DNA of 64,000 bases. Origin: a virus. Taxonomy: Duplodnaviria > Caudoviricetes. The notes under the pieces are model-generated. The model was not told where the DNA came from. It did no database searches and worked only from the letters and a program-made list of their open reading frames with translations. Below are positions 36,999 to 46,384 of this stretch, piece after piece; within the stretch, counting starts at the first letter, position 1; every line of letters begins with the position of its first letter. The position numbers and the translations under genes were made by a program. Location: positions 4,183 to 68,182 of IMG/VR virus record IMGVR_UViG_3300037418_002142; one strand, 5' to 3'.

Positions 36999-37188
36999 TA
37001 CAAAGCATTACGATGCCTTCGCCCTGACAACGCGCGCACACCAACGGCGTGAATTGCGCTACGATTGCGTTGATCAGCTTTTCTTCCGCAATCAGCTCAT
37101 CGCGCGCTGTCTGGATTTCGCGCCGGCGCTGTTCGCACCAATTCAACACCATGTCGTTCGGCTTTTTGTAATCGTACACCTTAGCCAT
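36892..37188 (-). CDS. DnaJ-type zinc-finger protein
   Basis: CARCQGEG...CPKCHGTG. Confidence 0.6.
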   Translation of the reverse strand: MAKVYDYKKPNDMVLNWCEQRRREIQTARDELIAEEKLINAIVAQFTPLVCARCQGEGIVMLCIEGCEMDGPRQHTCPKCHGTGKPPAAQSGSAGKGE

Positions 37189-38650
37189 AATAACTCTCCA
37201 TCGCGCGAAGCAAGCGCTTCTGTCCGCGATCTTTTCGTTTGAGGGCGCGTAACACTACCACGTCCACAGTGTCGCGAGCAAGAATACGGTATACCAGTAC
37301 GCGGCGCTTCTGCCCCTGCCGCCACACGCGCTGGTAGAACTGCTCGTAGTTCTCTAAGTCCCACGTGAGGCTGAAGTAGACAACGATTCCTCCTTTACCT
37401 TGGAGGTTGAGACCGTGAGCAATAGATTGTGGGTTTCCCCACAGTAGGGGCAGGTCACCTCGGTCCCATAACTTCTGCGCTCGTTCAGCGTCTCGATCGG
37501 AAGTGTCACCGTCAATGACAGGCGCTTTGGAAAATTGCTTGGCGTGGTGCGCAGCGAAACTATCAAAACGTGCCTTGTCGTGCTTGTACTCGCATGCGAC
37601 GAGCGCCGGTTCCCCTTCAAGCTCTTCGAGAAGTTCGACGAGCGCTTCGCACTTGGCGTCGTGGAGTGTTTCCCATCTACGCCCTGTCTCGCCTCCGCCG
37701 ACGAAGAGGCCGCCGTTCGCGATCTGACGGCACTTGCCACTTGCGACCGCCGCATTGGCCGCGGTGATTTCTTCGTTCTTCCATTCCGTGATGAACTCTT
37801 CTTCGATTTCTTCATACGCGCGTCTCGCTTTCTTGGGCAGGTCTACCCATATGTTGTGGAATGAAAGAGGCGGCAGGTCCAATTGGTCATGACCGTAGCG
37901 TAACACCAACGGCCGCAACTTTTTGAATATGCGCTTCTCGGCGTCAGGCTGCGGCTTCCAGTCGTAGCCCATGTACCCCATGGGCACGAAGTACTCATTG
38001 CGAAACTGCGTTATGAACGTGCCGAGCGCTTCGCCCAGGTCTAAGATATAAACTTGCCCGAACAGATTCATGAGTCCCTTCGGAGTAGGACTACCGGTTA
38101 GAATGTATCGACGACAGAAGCGACCGATGATCTTCTTCAGCGCTTTAAAGCGTTCTGTCCGCGTGTTGCGCCACTTGCTGCTCTCGTCCAGTACGAGCAT
38201 CACCTTGCGATGGCGCTTGAAGAACTCCTTGGTCCATGGCATGGTTTTCCATGCCCGGCCATGGCGCTGCACTAACCACAGCATTCCTTCTAGGTTTATC
38301 AAGTATACGTCAGCGTCCGCTTCGAGCTGCTGCTGCTTCGAAGAGCCGTGTACGATTCTTGTTCGAAACCCTAATTTCCACTTCTTGATCTCTCGCGGCC
38401 ATACGCCGTACACGATCCTTCGTGACGCGAACACCATCAGCGTGTCGACGATGCCGAGTGCGCGCAGTATCTTGAAGATGAACAGAATGATCGCGGTCTT
38501 TCCTAGACCGGGCGCCAGAAAGAAGCCTGCGGCGGCGTTCCTTACGCCGAACTTGATGCACTGCGCCTGATAAGGCTTTGGAACGAACTCGCTCTGCGAG
38601 GAGCGCTGCTTTGCAATACTCGATGGCTTCCTTAGCCGTGAAAACGACAT
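37181..38650 (-). CDS. SNF2-type superfamily 2 helicase
   Basis: LAPGLGKT (motif I), LDESS (II), ILTGSP (III), AHGLNLQ and QRVWRQGQ (V/VI). Confidence 0.92.
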   Translation of the reverse strand: MSFSRLRKPSSIAKQRSSQSEFVPKPYQAQCIKFGVRNAAAGFFLAPGLGKTAIILFIFKILRALGIVDTLMVFASRRIVYGVWPREIKKWKLGFRTRIVHGSSKQQQLEADADVYLINLEGMLWLVQRHGRAWKTMPWTKEFFKRHRKVMLVLDESSKWRNTRTERFKALKKIIGRFCRRYILTGSPTPKGLMNLFGQVYILDLGEALGTFITQFRNEYFVPMGYMGYDWKPQPDAEKRIFKKLRPLVLRYGHDQLDLPPLSFHNIWVDLPKKARRAYEEIEEEFITEWKNEEITAANAAVASGKCRQIANGGLFVGGGETGRRWETLHDAKCEALVELLEELEGEPALVACEYKHDKARFDSFAAHHAKQFSKAPVIDGDTSDRDAERAQKLWDRGDLPLLWGNPQSIAHGLNLQGKGGIVVYFSLTWDLENYEQFYQRVWRQGQKRRVLVYRILARDTVDVVVLRALKRKDRGQKRLLRAMESYYG

Positions 38651-38888
38651 AGCAGGCGAAACCTAGCCGGCGCAACCGTTTGTGACAGCGTGCTTGCAGC
38701 TTGGTAGGCTTGCCGCCCTTACGTTTGAACTCGAAAAAGATAATGAGACCATTCGGGCCAAGCCACTCCCTGTCAGGCCAACTCGTCGTGCCATACGGAC
38801 CCACCGTGTTCAACTTGATTGCTTCGTAATCATTGTTCTTGCACCAGCGAGCGAACTTGCGCTCCTGGTGCTTCTCAAGGCGACTCAT
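38310..38888 (-). CDS. VRR-NUC domain nuclease
   Basis: WPDR.......FFEFKR.GGKPTKLQ...H..L...GF...V motif; the last ~80 codons overlap the helicase. Confidence 0.85.
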   Translation of the reverse strand: MSRLEKHQERKFARWCKNNDYEAIKLNTVGPYGTTSWPDREWLGPNGLIIFFEFKRKGGKPTKLQARCHKRLRRLGFACYVVFTAKEAIEYCKAALLAERVRSKALSGAVHQVRRKERRRRLLSGARSRKDRDHSVHLQDTARTRHRRHADGVRVTKDRVRRMAARDQEVEIRVSNKNRTRLFEAAAARSGR

Positions 38889-39082
38889 TTACGCCTAGCG
38901 CACGGCGGCGCGTAGGTGCGTTGCCCGATAACGCTACAGTTGTTCCACTGCGCCACGCCCACCGCTAGAATAGCGGCACCGACCACCGCTGTAGCGGCAA
39001 TAGCGCAGCCGTCGGGGTGGCGTTGGCATACGGCGCAGCCGGTAAGCAGCACGGCCAGCGCAAGCACGATAACTCGCTTCAT
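38885..39082 (-). CDS. Small lipoprotein
   Basis: MKRVIVLALAVLLTGC lipobox plus a second hydrophobic helix. Confidence 0.7.
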   Translation of the reverse strand: MKRVIVLALAVLLTGCAVCQRHPDGCAIAATAVVGAAILAVGVAQWNNCSVIGQRTYAPPCARRK

Positions 39083-39177
39083 TGTCGGTTCTCCCTCAAC
39101 GCTTTTACTTCTCGCAGGATGGCGAGCAACACGAGCGATATCGCTGCGCCGACGCCAATGATCACAAGCTCAAGCAT
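39079..39177 (-). CDS. 32-aa single-TM peptide
   Basis: MLELVIIGVGAAISLVLLAILREVKALRENRQ; GGAG RBS; ATGA-coupled to the lipoprotein. Confidence 0.55.
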   Translation of the reverse strand: MLELVIIGVGAAISLVLLAILREVKALRENRQ

Positions 39178-39343
39178 GTCTATCTCCTAACGATTTCACC
39201 TAGCAACCCATGCGGCACCCGCATCGGCAAGCGCGTACCCGGCAAACATTAGAGCCAGCGCCGGACTGTGCTTATACATTCCTGCCGCGATAAACGCGTC
39301 CATGGCGGCCTTAACGACGCAAAGCCAGAAGGGCCAATTCATG

Positions 39344-40045
39344 TTAGTGCCTCAGCGCTTTCCACGCCTTACACGGGCCGCCCTTGTTCGAGCGCAAATC
39401 GCAATAGCGACACGCTTCGGTTGATGGAGTCGGCAGGAAGTCTGTTTCAGCCATCATCATCTCGCCCTGCGCGATCCATACTTTGGTGTCGCGCGCGATG
39501 CGACGCGGCGTGTAGTGGTACGGCTGGCTGTACCCCTGGTCAACGTACCAGAACTCTACGTCCACGCCCACGGCGTAAGGCACTACCACCGCGCCGATGC
39601 ACGCGTACAGCGACCCCTGCTTTTCGTGCGAGTCGGCGTATTCCTTACCGGTCTTGTGGTCGCCGATCCACAGCGCATCCGGCCGCCGCCGGCTGGGCAG
39701 CACGGCCGCGTCCATTTTCATCACGCACCAACTGTGCTCCTTGTCTGTGGGGCGCCAATCGCGGTCCACATTCCAGTACTGCTCGACTACCGGTCGAATG
39801 TCTTTCAGCTCGCGAAAGTGAGGCGCTAGCTTCCACAGTTCGCGCGGCGGTGGCCCTTTCAACAGCCCTTTAAGGTATGCCTCGGCCTTGGCGTGCACCG
39901 CTATGCCGCGCGCTAGCGCTGGCCCCGGTGGCGGCCGTTCACCCAGTATGTGATGCTTCAGGTACCGATACGCGCATTGCGACCAGCTAGACCACGACGA
40001 ATAGGACCAACGCTTGGGGCGTGGGTACTTGGTGCGCTTCTTCAC
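39344..40045 (-). CDS. PD-(D/E)XK Cas4/RecB-like exonuclease
   Basis: WSYSSWS...QC, RG..VH...E, K.D......GDHKTGK, Q..LY, C-terminal C.YC......C. Confidence 0.85.
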   Translation of the reverse strand: MKKRTKYPRPKRWSYSSWSSWSQCAYRYLKHHILGERPPPGPALARGIAVHAKAEAYLKGLLKGPPPRELWKLAPHFRELKDIRPVVEQYWNVDRDWRPTDKEHSWCVMKMDAAVLPSRRRPDALWIGDHKTGKEYADSHEKQGSLYACIGAVVVPYAVGVDVEFWYVDQGYSQPYHYTPRRIARDTKVWIAQGEMMMAETDFLPTPSTEACRYCDLRSNKGGPCKAWKALRH

Positions 40046-40305
40046 CCTTCGACTTCCTCGCCATCGTAGATGCCGTCTAGCGTGTCGATCGCTTCCTGCT
40101 GTAGAATCGCTTCCTGCTGAGTGGCGGTCACCTTGCCATTGGCCGTTTCTTTTTCCCACCGCCACACGCAGCGCGGGTTGTTAGAGCTAGTATAGGTCCA
40201 GCCGTTGTTGCGCAAGTACGCGCGCTCTGCCTCAAGCGCTAGTTTACTCGCATTCTCCATGCGCTCGTGCAAATCGCGGCGTTCCTGTGGCGATAACGTC
40301 TTCAT
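40042..40305 (-). CDS. Hypothetical protein
   Basis: Coupled ORF. Confidence 0.5.
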   Translation of the reverse strand: MKTLSPQERRDLHERMENASKLALEAERAYLRNNGWTYTSSNNPRCVWRWEKETANGKVTATQQEAILQQEAIDTLDGIYDGEEVEG

Positions 40306-40655
40306 ACTGCGAACTCGTGCTTGTCGCCATGGCCGGCGGCGAGCAGGCAGCGCTTACTGCCGACTTCCGGGTTGTACGGGTCAATCGGTTGCGCATGCTC
40401 GCATCGTTGCACATGCTCGCATCGTAGCCAATGCGGCGCGGCACCTTTTTCACGCGTGCGCTGCGTGTGCGGCGTGCCGTACATGGCGCCCAGCTCCGCT
40501 ACTTTGCGGGCTTGGTAACCAACGCGGAACCAGTTCCACGCCTTCTGCTGTTCTTCTTCGTTGTCTAGGTGAGCGTTGGCATACTCGGTTACAAACAAGC
40601 GCCACGCTTTACTATCGCGCACAGCGACGCCGGGGTCGAACTTCATTTCTTGCAT
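40302..40655 (-). CDS. Hypothetical Cys/His protein with an 18-bp tandem duplication
   Basis: RCEHVQRCEHAQ; C.L..GH...H motif. Confidence 0.5.
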   Translation of the reverse strand: MQEMKFDPGVAVRDSKAWRLFVTEYANAHLDNEEEQQKAWNWFRVGYQARKVAELGAMYGTPHTQRTREKGAAPHWLRCEHVQRCEHAQPIDPYNPEVGSKRCLLAAGHGDKHEFAV

Positions 40656-40660
40656 TCCGC

Positions 40661-41500
40661 TTACTCCTTCGTGGCACTTAGTGGTGGCGGCTCGATACCT
40701 ACGAGCTTGCATGCCTCGCGGTATCGTATGTTGTTTGTAACCTTGTGTCCGTGTTTGTCAACAGCCTTGCTCTTTGTGATCTGATCACAGAGTAAGTGCA
40801 AAGCCGCATACAGCGTGCCTACTGCGCGCCGGTGTTCCTCGTACTGCACGACGTGCGGGTAGTGCGAGGGGTACTGATGCATTGCATCAAGCGGTAACAA
40901 GCAACCGTTATCGCTGACCACGTAGACAGCGGCGCTTAAGCTAACCGCGTTCTCTAGCTTTTGCAGCCGCTCAACGATGGCGTTTAACTCCTCGGCTGTA
41001 GCAAACTCTTGCAGTTCGTGAGTGGGCATGCCTTGCGCGTAGCTTGGGTATTGTTCCGCGTAGAAGCCGCTGATGACCTTACCTCGTAGTTCTATGCTTT
41101 CCTTAGCTAGCGGCGCTATCAGTTCTTTCTCGATTCGTTCGGCGTAGCGTTCCGCAGTGTTTGCCTTTATGTCTTCTGCAAGTCCTGAACAGGTTACGCC
41201 GCTTTCCATAGCCAGGCGCACAATGTTTACCAGACGACGGCGCAACGATTGCTTCACGCCGCCAGCTTCTTTATTCTCGCCCGTAATTCCTTCGTCCTTT
41301 TGTGGCGCAGCCCAGTCCTTAAGCTGTAACCGTAGCGCCCACTGTCCGTCGTGTCCGCGACGTAGCCATTCGCCAACGCGTATGGAGTTGCCTCGCGCGT
41401 CCTCTATTCCTACAATGCTGGCGTCTGGCCCCTTGTCAACCACAATGTCGATGTACTCGCTGTCGAACTTCACGCCGCCAGCTTCTTTATTCTCGCCCAT
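40661..41500 (-). CDS. Mosaic hypothetical protein
   Basis: GGAGGA RBS and ATG at 41500; GENKEAGGVK occurs twice. Confidence 0.55.
   Translation of the reverse strand: MGENKEAGGVKFDSEYIDIVVDKGPDASIVGIEDARGNSIRVGEWLRRGHDGQWALRLQLKDWAAPQKDEGITGENKEAGGVKQSLRRRLVNIVRLAMESGVTCSGLAEDIKANTAERYAERIEKELIAPLAKESIELRGKVISGFYAEQYPSYAQGMPTHELQEFATAEELNAIVERLQKLENAVSLSAAVYVVSDNGCLLPLDAMHQYPSHYPHVVQYEEHRRAVGTLYAALHLLCDQITKSKAVDKHGHKVTNNIRYREACKLVGIEPPPLSATKE
41252..41498. repeat. 31-bp perfect direct repeat pair (41252-41282 and 41468-41498)
   Basis: CTTCACGCCGCCAGCTTCTTTATTCTCGCCC, copies 216 bp apart. Confidence 0.95.
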
Positions 41501-43395
41501 GACTCCTCCGAATATTTTGGTTCTGCCAGCATTGGAACTTTCAATTTTATATCGCACATGGCGCGGGCAATGCGCGGCCCGTACTTGCGGCTCGGCGCCA
41601 TCACCATCAGTTCGTCGTGCACCTGCACCGCGATACGGCACTTGTCACCAACGTCCTCATGCACGTTGATCATGCCTTGCTTGGTGCAGTCCGCCGCGCT
41701 GGGCTGAATGAGATAGTTGAGCATCTTGTAAGCGAAGTCGATCGACTTGTACACCGGCTCGCCAAACTCGTCGTATATGGGTTTGCCAGTATGCTTGTTG
41801 ATCAACTTCACCATGCGCGGCGGCTCGCAGTAGTATTGCCGGCCGCCCCATGTAATAAGCGGCTTGTCGTCCTCAGCCAGCCGTTTCAGGTATTTCATCA
41901 GGCCGCGTATGCCGGGTATCGCCTGTAGCACGGCATCACGCAGTTTCTTGGCCGTGCCCACGTCGATTTCAAGTCGGGCCGCCAGCTTTTCCACGCCCAT
42001 GCCGTACACGATGCCGAACACCGTTATCTTGACGTGCTTGCGCGGGAAGTCGATACCAATTTCCTTGAGGATCAACAGTCGCACGAAATCGTGTACGTCC
42101 ATGTTGGGATCTTTGTTGTACGCCTCCGCCAGAATGCCGTCTTCGAAGTGCGCCAGGAAGCGCAGCTCCTGCTGCGAATAGTCGCAGCAGATCATCACCA
42201 TGCCTTCATCCGGTACGATGAAGTCGCGTAGCCCTAGGAACTGATAGTTAAACTCGTCGGCGAGCCACTTCTGCAGAAGTAGGAGGGTATCTCGATTCTG
42301 ACTTTCTTCGACGTCAGTCGGCACATTTTGCAGGTTAGGGTCACTACTGCTGAATCGACCGCTCCTCGCACCACCACCACCGTCGTTTGGAACTTGGTTA
42401 AAGCGCGGATTAATGCGCCCACCCGTTACCTCGCTTTGCTCGAGCCATGGTTTGATAAAGCTACTGATGTACTTGCGGCACACGCTATGCACGGCCAGCA
42501 GATCCAGCAGTTTCTTGTCCGTACAGGTCTTACGCAGTATGTCGATCTTGGTGCTCTGCTGACCCTTCGGGGTCTTGACCACTGCGCTGAGCTTGCCGGC
42601 CCGTAGCAACGCGGCGCCTAGTTGCTTGCCGCTGTCCACGTTGAACTCTTTGGCTAACGGTTGACCGTACTTGGACACGCCAAGCCGCCGGTGTATGCGC
42701 TGCACCAACAGCGCATCCAGCTTCTCGAACACGCGCAACGCTTCCTTCAGTCGCTTGCGGCTAACACGTACCCCGCTCTGCTCCATGCCCAACACAATAG
42801 GAGCTACGGCCAGCTCGCGTTCGTACGCGGCGCGCATGCCGCGCTCTACTATCTTGGGGTACAGATGTTCGTACAGCCCTTTTGTGCGGCGCGTGTCGCC
42901 GTTGGCGTACTTGCCCACCAGCTCGCCGGGGGCGCGACAAATATATTCGCCCCACTTGCCGTGCTGGTTCTTACTGCGCAGCGCTGGCTCGTTTTCAAGC
43001 AGCCAGTCACGCAGTCTAGACTGCTCCTCCGGGGGCATGTTCAGGTGCTTGTGCGCCAGCGGCTTCAGTTTCAGTTCGCGTTCGTAAGGGTCGTTGAGGA
43101 ACGCCAGAAATATGGTGTCGTCGAATTGGCGCGGCCGGAGCCCGAAATAACAGCGAGCCACATCCAAATCAAATCCATTGTTGTGAAATACGGTGCGGTA
43201 CTCGAACGCTTCACGTAGCCGAGCACGCGCTGTGCCAACGCTACAGTTGTTCCCACTCGGGTGCCCCCATGCCAAGTATTCCGCCCGCTGCCCAGGTAAC
43301 TTAATGCTGACCCCGACTGGGCGCGGCGGGTAGTTGGGTCGCGATTCGATCTTCTCGGTCTCGAAGTCTACAACGGAGCGGTCACTTGTCGCCAC
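41470..43395 (-). CDS. polA: DNA polymerase, family A
   Basis: DFET exo I, HN..FD exo II, GRFSSSDPNLQN, DYSQQELR (motif A), K...FGIVYGMG (B), NYLIQ..AAD, QVHDEL (C). Confidence 0.95.
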   Translation of the reverse strand: MATSDRSVVDFETEKIESRPNYPPRPVGVSIKLPGQRAEYLAWGHPSGNNCSVGTARARLREAFEYRTVFHNNGFDLDVARCYFGLRPRQFDDTIFLAFLNDPYERELKLKPLAHKHLNMPPEEQSRLRDWLLENEPALRSKNQHGKWGEYICRAPGELVGKYANGDTRRTKGLYEHLYPKIVERGMRAAYERELAVAPIVLGMEQSGVRVSRKRLKEALRVFEKLDALLVQRIHRRLGVSKYGQPLAKEFNVDSGKQLGAALLRAGKLSAVVKTPKGQQSTKIDILRKTCTDKKLLDLLAVHSVCRKYISSFIKPWLEQSEVTGGRINPRFNQVPNDGGGGARSGRFSSSDPNLQNVPTDVEESQNRDTLLLLQKWLADEFNYQFLGLRDFIVPDEGMVMICCDYSQQELRFLAHFEDGILAEAYNKDPNMDVHDFVRLLILKEIGIDFPRKHVKITVFGIVYGMGVEKLAARLEIDVGTAKKLRDAVLQAIPGIRGLMKYLKRLAEDDKPLITWGGRQYYCEPPRMVKLINKHTGKPIYDEFGEPVYKSIDFAYKMLNYLIQPSAADCTKQGMINVHEDVGDKCRIAVQVHDELMVMAPSRKYGPRIARAMCDIKLKVPMLAEPKYSEESWARIKKLAA

Positions 43396-43615
43396 GGTCT
43401 TCTATCTCAAAAGCGTACAGCCACTCGTGCTTTCGCTCTCCGTTGTTCCACCATACGACGCGGTATTGGTGCCCTGTGTCGTCGGCCAAGCACCCTGTGA
43501 CCTGTCCTGGGTGCCCGGTTTCACGTATCTCTACCTTGTCGCCGACGTTGTAGATAAAGGTAACACGGTTCATTGTATTGTCCAGTGTAGGCGCCGGTGC
43601 ATTCCTTGTGCCCAA
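43382..43615 (-). CDS. Small SH3/KOW-like hypothetical protein
   Basis: YNVGDKVEI...G.V.......YRVVWW......WL..FEIE. Confidence 0.6.
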   Translation of the reverse strand: MGTRNAPAPTLDNTMNRVTFIYNVGDKVEIRETGHPGQVTGCLADDTGHQYRVVWWNNGERKHEWLYAFEIEDRGDK

Positions 43616-43617
43616 GG

Positions 43618-44010
43618 CTACCCAAGCACGTCAATTTGCAGCACTCCGGCGCAGTACACCCGCACCGCGTCGTGCACCCTAGCCTGGAATTCACGATGCA
43701 CGCGGCGCACGTCGTCTACGCTGGCGTGGCCGTCACCGTAACGCGCGGCCACGGCGCGTTCTATGCCCATAACTAAATCAACGCACGCTCTGATCTGATT
43801 GTCCCGAAAACGTGCATCGCGAGCTTGTTCCGAAGACAGGTTAAACCCGCATGCCCACACCTCCAGCCAACTTGCGATCTGATCGCCAGTAAGCGTGCGC
43901 AAGTCGCACACGTCGCGCGCATCTAATTCTATGTGTGTAAAACGCAGCCCGGTCTTGGGGTCGGATACACGACACTCCGCTACAAGCGTATTATCTTCGA
44001 ATAGTCTCAT
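43618..44010 (-). CDS. Hypothetical protein (start uncertain)
   Basis: Open frame filling the operon. Confidence 0.4.
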   Translation of the reverse strand: MRLFEDNTLVAECRVSDPKTGLRFTHIELDARDVCDLRTLTGDQIASWLEVWACGFNLSSEQARDARFRDNQIRACVDLVMGIERAVAARYGDGHASVDDVRRVHREFQARVHDAVRVYCAGVLQIDVLG

Positions 44011-44183
44011 GATTTCACCTTGTGAAGCAACCTGCGCTCGCGAAGCCAGCGCCGCGCCCACGACTTGTGGCCATTGGCTAGCGCCAGTCTGTAGCGCATC
44101 TTTGCTAACTAGCGTGTCACACACTTCTTGGTCTACGTTGCACGGCAGCGTGCGCTCGACGCGCTTCGGTTGACTGGCTTGAA

Positions 44184-44399
44184 TCACGTCACCAACTCCT
44201 CTCGCTCGCGCTTCATGCGTAGATGACTGGCGCGCTTGTGCATGCGCTCCAGATATGACTTGCGCCTGGCGCCGCGCTGCTCCTCCTTGATGGCTTCCCA
44301 CAGCTCCGTCTCGTTCATGCGCTGCACGAGCACAATGAACGCGCGCCACGCCTTTTCTAAAATCAAGTGCGGTTCGTACCGCGCACGAATTCTCTCCAC
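44184..44399 (-). CDS. Hypothetical protein
   Basis: L..M.E.EL.....E...R..Y..R.H.R..R.R phage motif; GGAG RBS. Confidence 0.6.
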   Translation of the reverse strand: MERIRARYEPHLILEKAWRAFIVLVQRMNETELWEAIKEEQRGARRKSYLERMHKRASHLRMKREREELVT

Positions 44400-44427
44400 A
44401 AGTGCTTATCTCCAAAAAGGGAAAGGA

Positions 44428-44531
44428 GAACCCGCGCACCGTGCATCCTTCGCCCGAAGGGCCGGTGTAACTACCGTGGCGCCGAGCGCCGCAGCGGAAC
44501 ACGCTGCCGTCAGCTCACGATGCGCAGGTTC
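44428..44531 (-). ncRNA. Putative multibranch structured RNA
   Basis: 16-bp closing stem with 2 G-U pairs enclosing four small hairpins, followed by a pyrimidine/U tract. Confidence 0.55.
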
Positions 44532-44543
44532 ATCAGCTAATGC

Positions 44544-45767
44544 TTACTTGCCGAAGCGGCTGCCGCGCTTGCGGCGGGGCTCGTCCTCTTCGTCGTCATC
44601 CTCGTCCTTGGAGCCGCGCTTTTTGCGCGCCGGCTTGTCGTCTTCGTCCTCATCGTCGTCATCGCGCTTTCCAGCTTTGCCACGCGACTTTCGAGATTTG
44701 CGATCCTCTTTTTCGTCTTCCTCTTCATCGGCATCATCCTCGTCTTCGTCATCGTCGTCCTCATCGTCGTCTTCGTCCTCGTCCTTCTTGCCGCGGCGAC
44801 GCTTCGGCTTCTCATCCTCCTCATCGTCGTCTTCGTCATCATCACGACTGCGACGGCGCGACTTCTTGTCGCCATCATCTTCATCCTCATCATCGTCATC
44901 CTCGTCCTTGGAGCGGCGCTTCTTGCGCGTCGGCTTGTCGTCTTCGTCCTCATCGTCGTCAGCGTCATCCTTGGAACGGCGCTTCTTGTCATCCTCATCG
45001 CCGTCGTTGTCATCGTCCTCGTCATCCTTGGATTTGCGCTTCTTCTTACCCCCGCTGGCGGCTGCCTGCTCGTAGGGCGTCATGAGCATTTCGCGCACTG
45101 CCTCGCGGCGTTCCTGCAACGCCTTGACCACGTCCTCGTCGTCGATCTCCTCATCCGGCTCGAACGTGACGACCGGGTAATCCGCATCGCCATCGAACCC
45201 GAACTTGCAGACCACGGCGTAGAACGGCCGTGCGTGGTCGCTCTTGCACGCCTTCACGAACTTCGACCAGTTACGGATGCTCATCACCGGGATTTCCATC
45301 ACGGCAACGGTGGCCTCCGCTACTGCATCGGCGTCCTCCATGTCATCGATGTGAATGATGCCGAGCCTACGGCGTGCGGCGCACGCTTGGCGCTTGCCGC
45401 CACCGCTACCGGGCTCGCTCATCGGACACTTCTCGCATGCGCGTGCCTGCGCCTCGCCGCTGTTCTTGTGCGGCTTCATGTCCTCGCCATCCTCGCTCAA
45501 CGCGAAGCAAGTCGGTGGCCCCGGATTCTCCTCATCGTACTTGGTATCGTAGTAGGTGCGCAGGTAGGCAAAGTCCACGATCACGCCGCGGAACGACTTG
45601 CCCTTCGTTTCCTTGTCTACCAGCTCGCCTCCGAGTGAGAACTTGCGGTTGCGAATGCTGATGCGGTTTTCCATGCCGCCGCCGGCGCGTGCCTTTTCAC
45701 GCGCCGCTTCGTCGTTGGCTTCCTTCGCCAGTTCCTCTTCCCAATCCGGGTTACGCTTCTTCTTCAC
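44544..45767 (-). CDS. Putative ssDNA-binding/recombination protein with long acidic-basic repeat tail
   Basis: P.CFA.....P.....Q...C.KCP...GS....AC...RRL motif between helicase/polymerase genes; AGGAG RBS before GTG 45767. Confidence 0.6.
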   Translation of the reverse strand: MKKKRNPDWEEELAKEANDEAAREKARAGGGMENRISIRNRKFSLGGELVDKETKGKSFRGVIVDFAYLRTYYDTKYDEENPGPPTCFALSEDGEDMKPHKNSGEAQARACEKCPMSEPGSGGGKRQACAARRRLGIIHIDDMEDADAVAEATVAVMEIPVMSIRNWSKFVKACKSDHARPFYAVVCKFGFDGDADYPVVTFEPDEEIDDEDVVKALQERREAVREMLMTPYEQAAASGGKKKRKSKDDEDDDNDGDEDDKKRRSKDDADDDEDEDDKPTRKKRRSKDEDDDDEDEDDGDKKSRRRSRDDDEDDDEEDEKPKRRRGKKDEDEDDDEDDDDEDEDDADEEEDEKEDRKSRKSRGKAGKRDDDDEDEDDKPARKKRGSKDEDDDEEDEPRRKRGSRFGK

Positions 45768-45768
45768 T

Positions 45769-45984
45769 TTACATCGTCTCCTGTGGTCTACCGAATGATT
45801 CATGCAGGTGCCCTTCCGACCGGGCACGCTGCTTCGCCGCTGCTACTTGCGCCGCACTCACGGTGTGAGCGCAACAACCGGGGCCATACATCATGTCGCC
45901 CTGCTCCTTCTTGGCAGCGTAGCGACTTTTGCCTTGGCGGTTTTTCTTGGCGCTGCCACCGCCGAGCCGTTGCGAACGTTTCAT
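45769..45984 (-). CDS. Hypothetical basic protein
   Basis: Coupled ORF. Confidence 0.5.
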   Translation of the reverse strand: MKRSQRLGGGSAKKNRQGKSRYAAKKEQGDMMYGPGCCAHTVSAAQVAAAKQRARSEGHLHESFGRPQETM

Positions 45985-46009
45985 AGTGTCGTCCCCACCA
46001 TCTTCTGTT

Positions 46010-46384
46010 TCATCTACTTCTCCGCCTGATTGAAACTCTGATCTTGTCGAACACCTTCACGCCTGGGATTGCTTCGCCCTCCTCAATTCTGTCGAAGTAC
46101 GCGCGGCTCGCCACACGGTTCTGCAGCAAGTCGAACGCGCGGTTCTTGATAACGTAGTGCATGAATTTGCGTCGGTCCTTGATCGACGCGAACGGCGTCT
46201 TCAGCACGGTGGCCACGCCGCGCCGGCCTTTACAGCCGTCGATGTCCTCGGTGCCGAAGGAGCGCAGCAGTCGCGCCTGCAACTTTTCGCGATCCTGCTT
46301 CAGCTTGCGCAGTTGCGCCTCGACCTCGTCGATCTTCTGTTCCTTGTCATACAGCCGGTCGATCTGCTCGCCGATGGTCCTCAT
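46010..46384 (-). CDS. Gam/gp157-like coiled-coil protein
   Basis: N-terminal coiled coil; DW-like KDRRKF.YV....FDLLQ.RV...IPGV motif. Confidence 0.6.
   Translation of the reverse strand: MRTIGEQIDRLYDKEQKIDEVEAQLRKLKQDREKLQARLLRSFGTEDIDGCKGRRGVATVLKTPFASIKDRRKFMHYVIKNRAFDLLQNRVASRAYFDRIEEGEAIPGVKVFDKIRVSIRRRSR

Noticed and set aside
38310-38600. Extended C-terminal domain on the VRR-NUC protein
   Set aside because: The extension lies wholly within the helicase gene in another frame and has no recognisable motif; probably incidental read-through.
44236-45085. Long Ser-rich or His/Arg-rich + strand ORFs (also 482-1165 and 35794-36315)
   Set aside because: They are antisense shadows of the D/E/K-rich genes on the opposite strand, with no RBS or family motifs.
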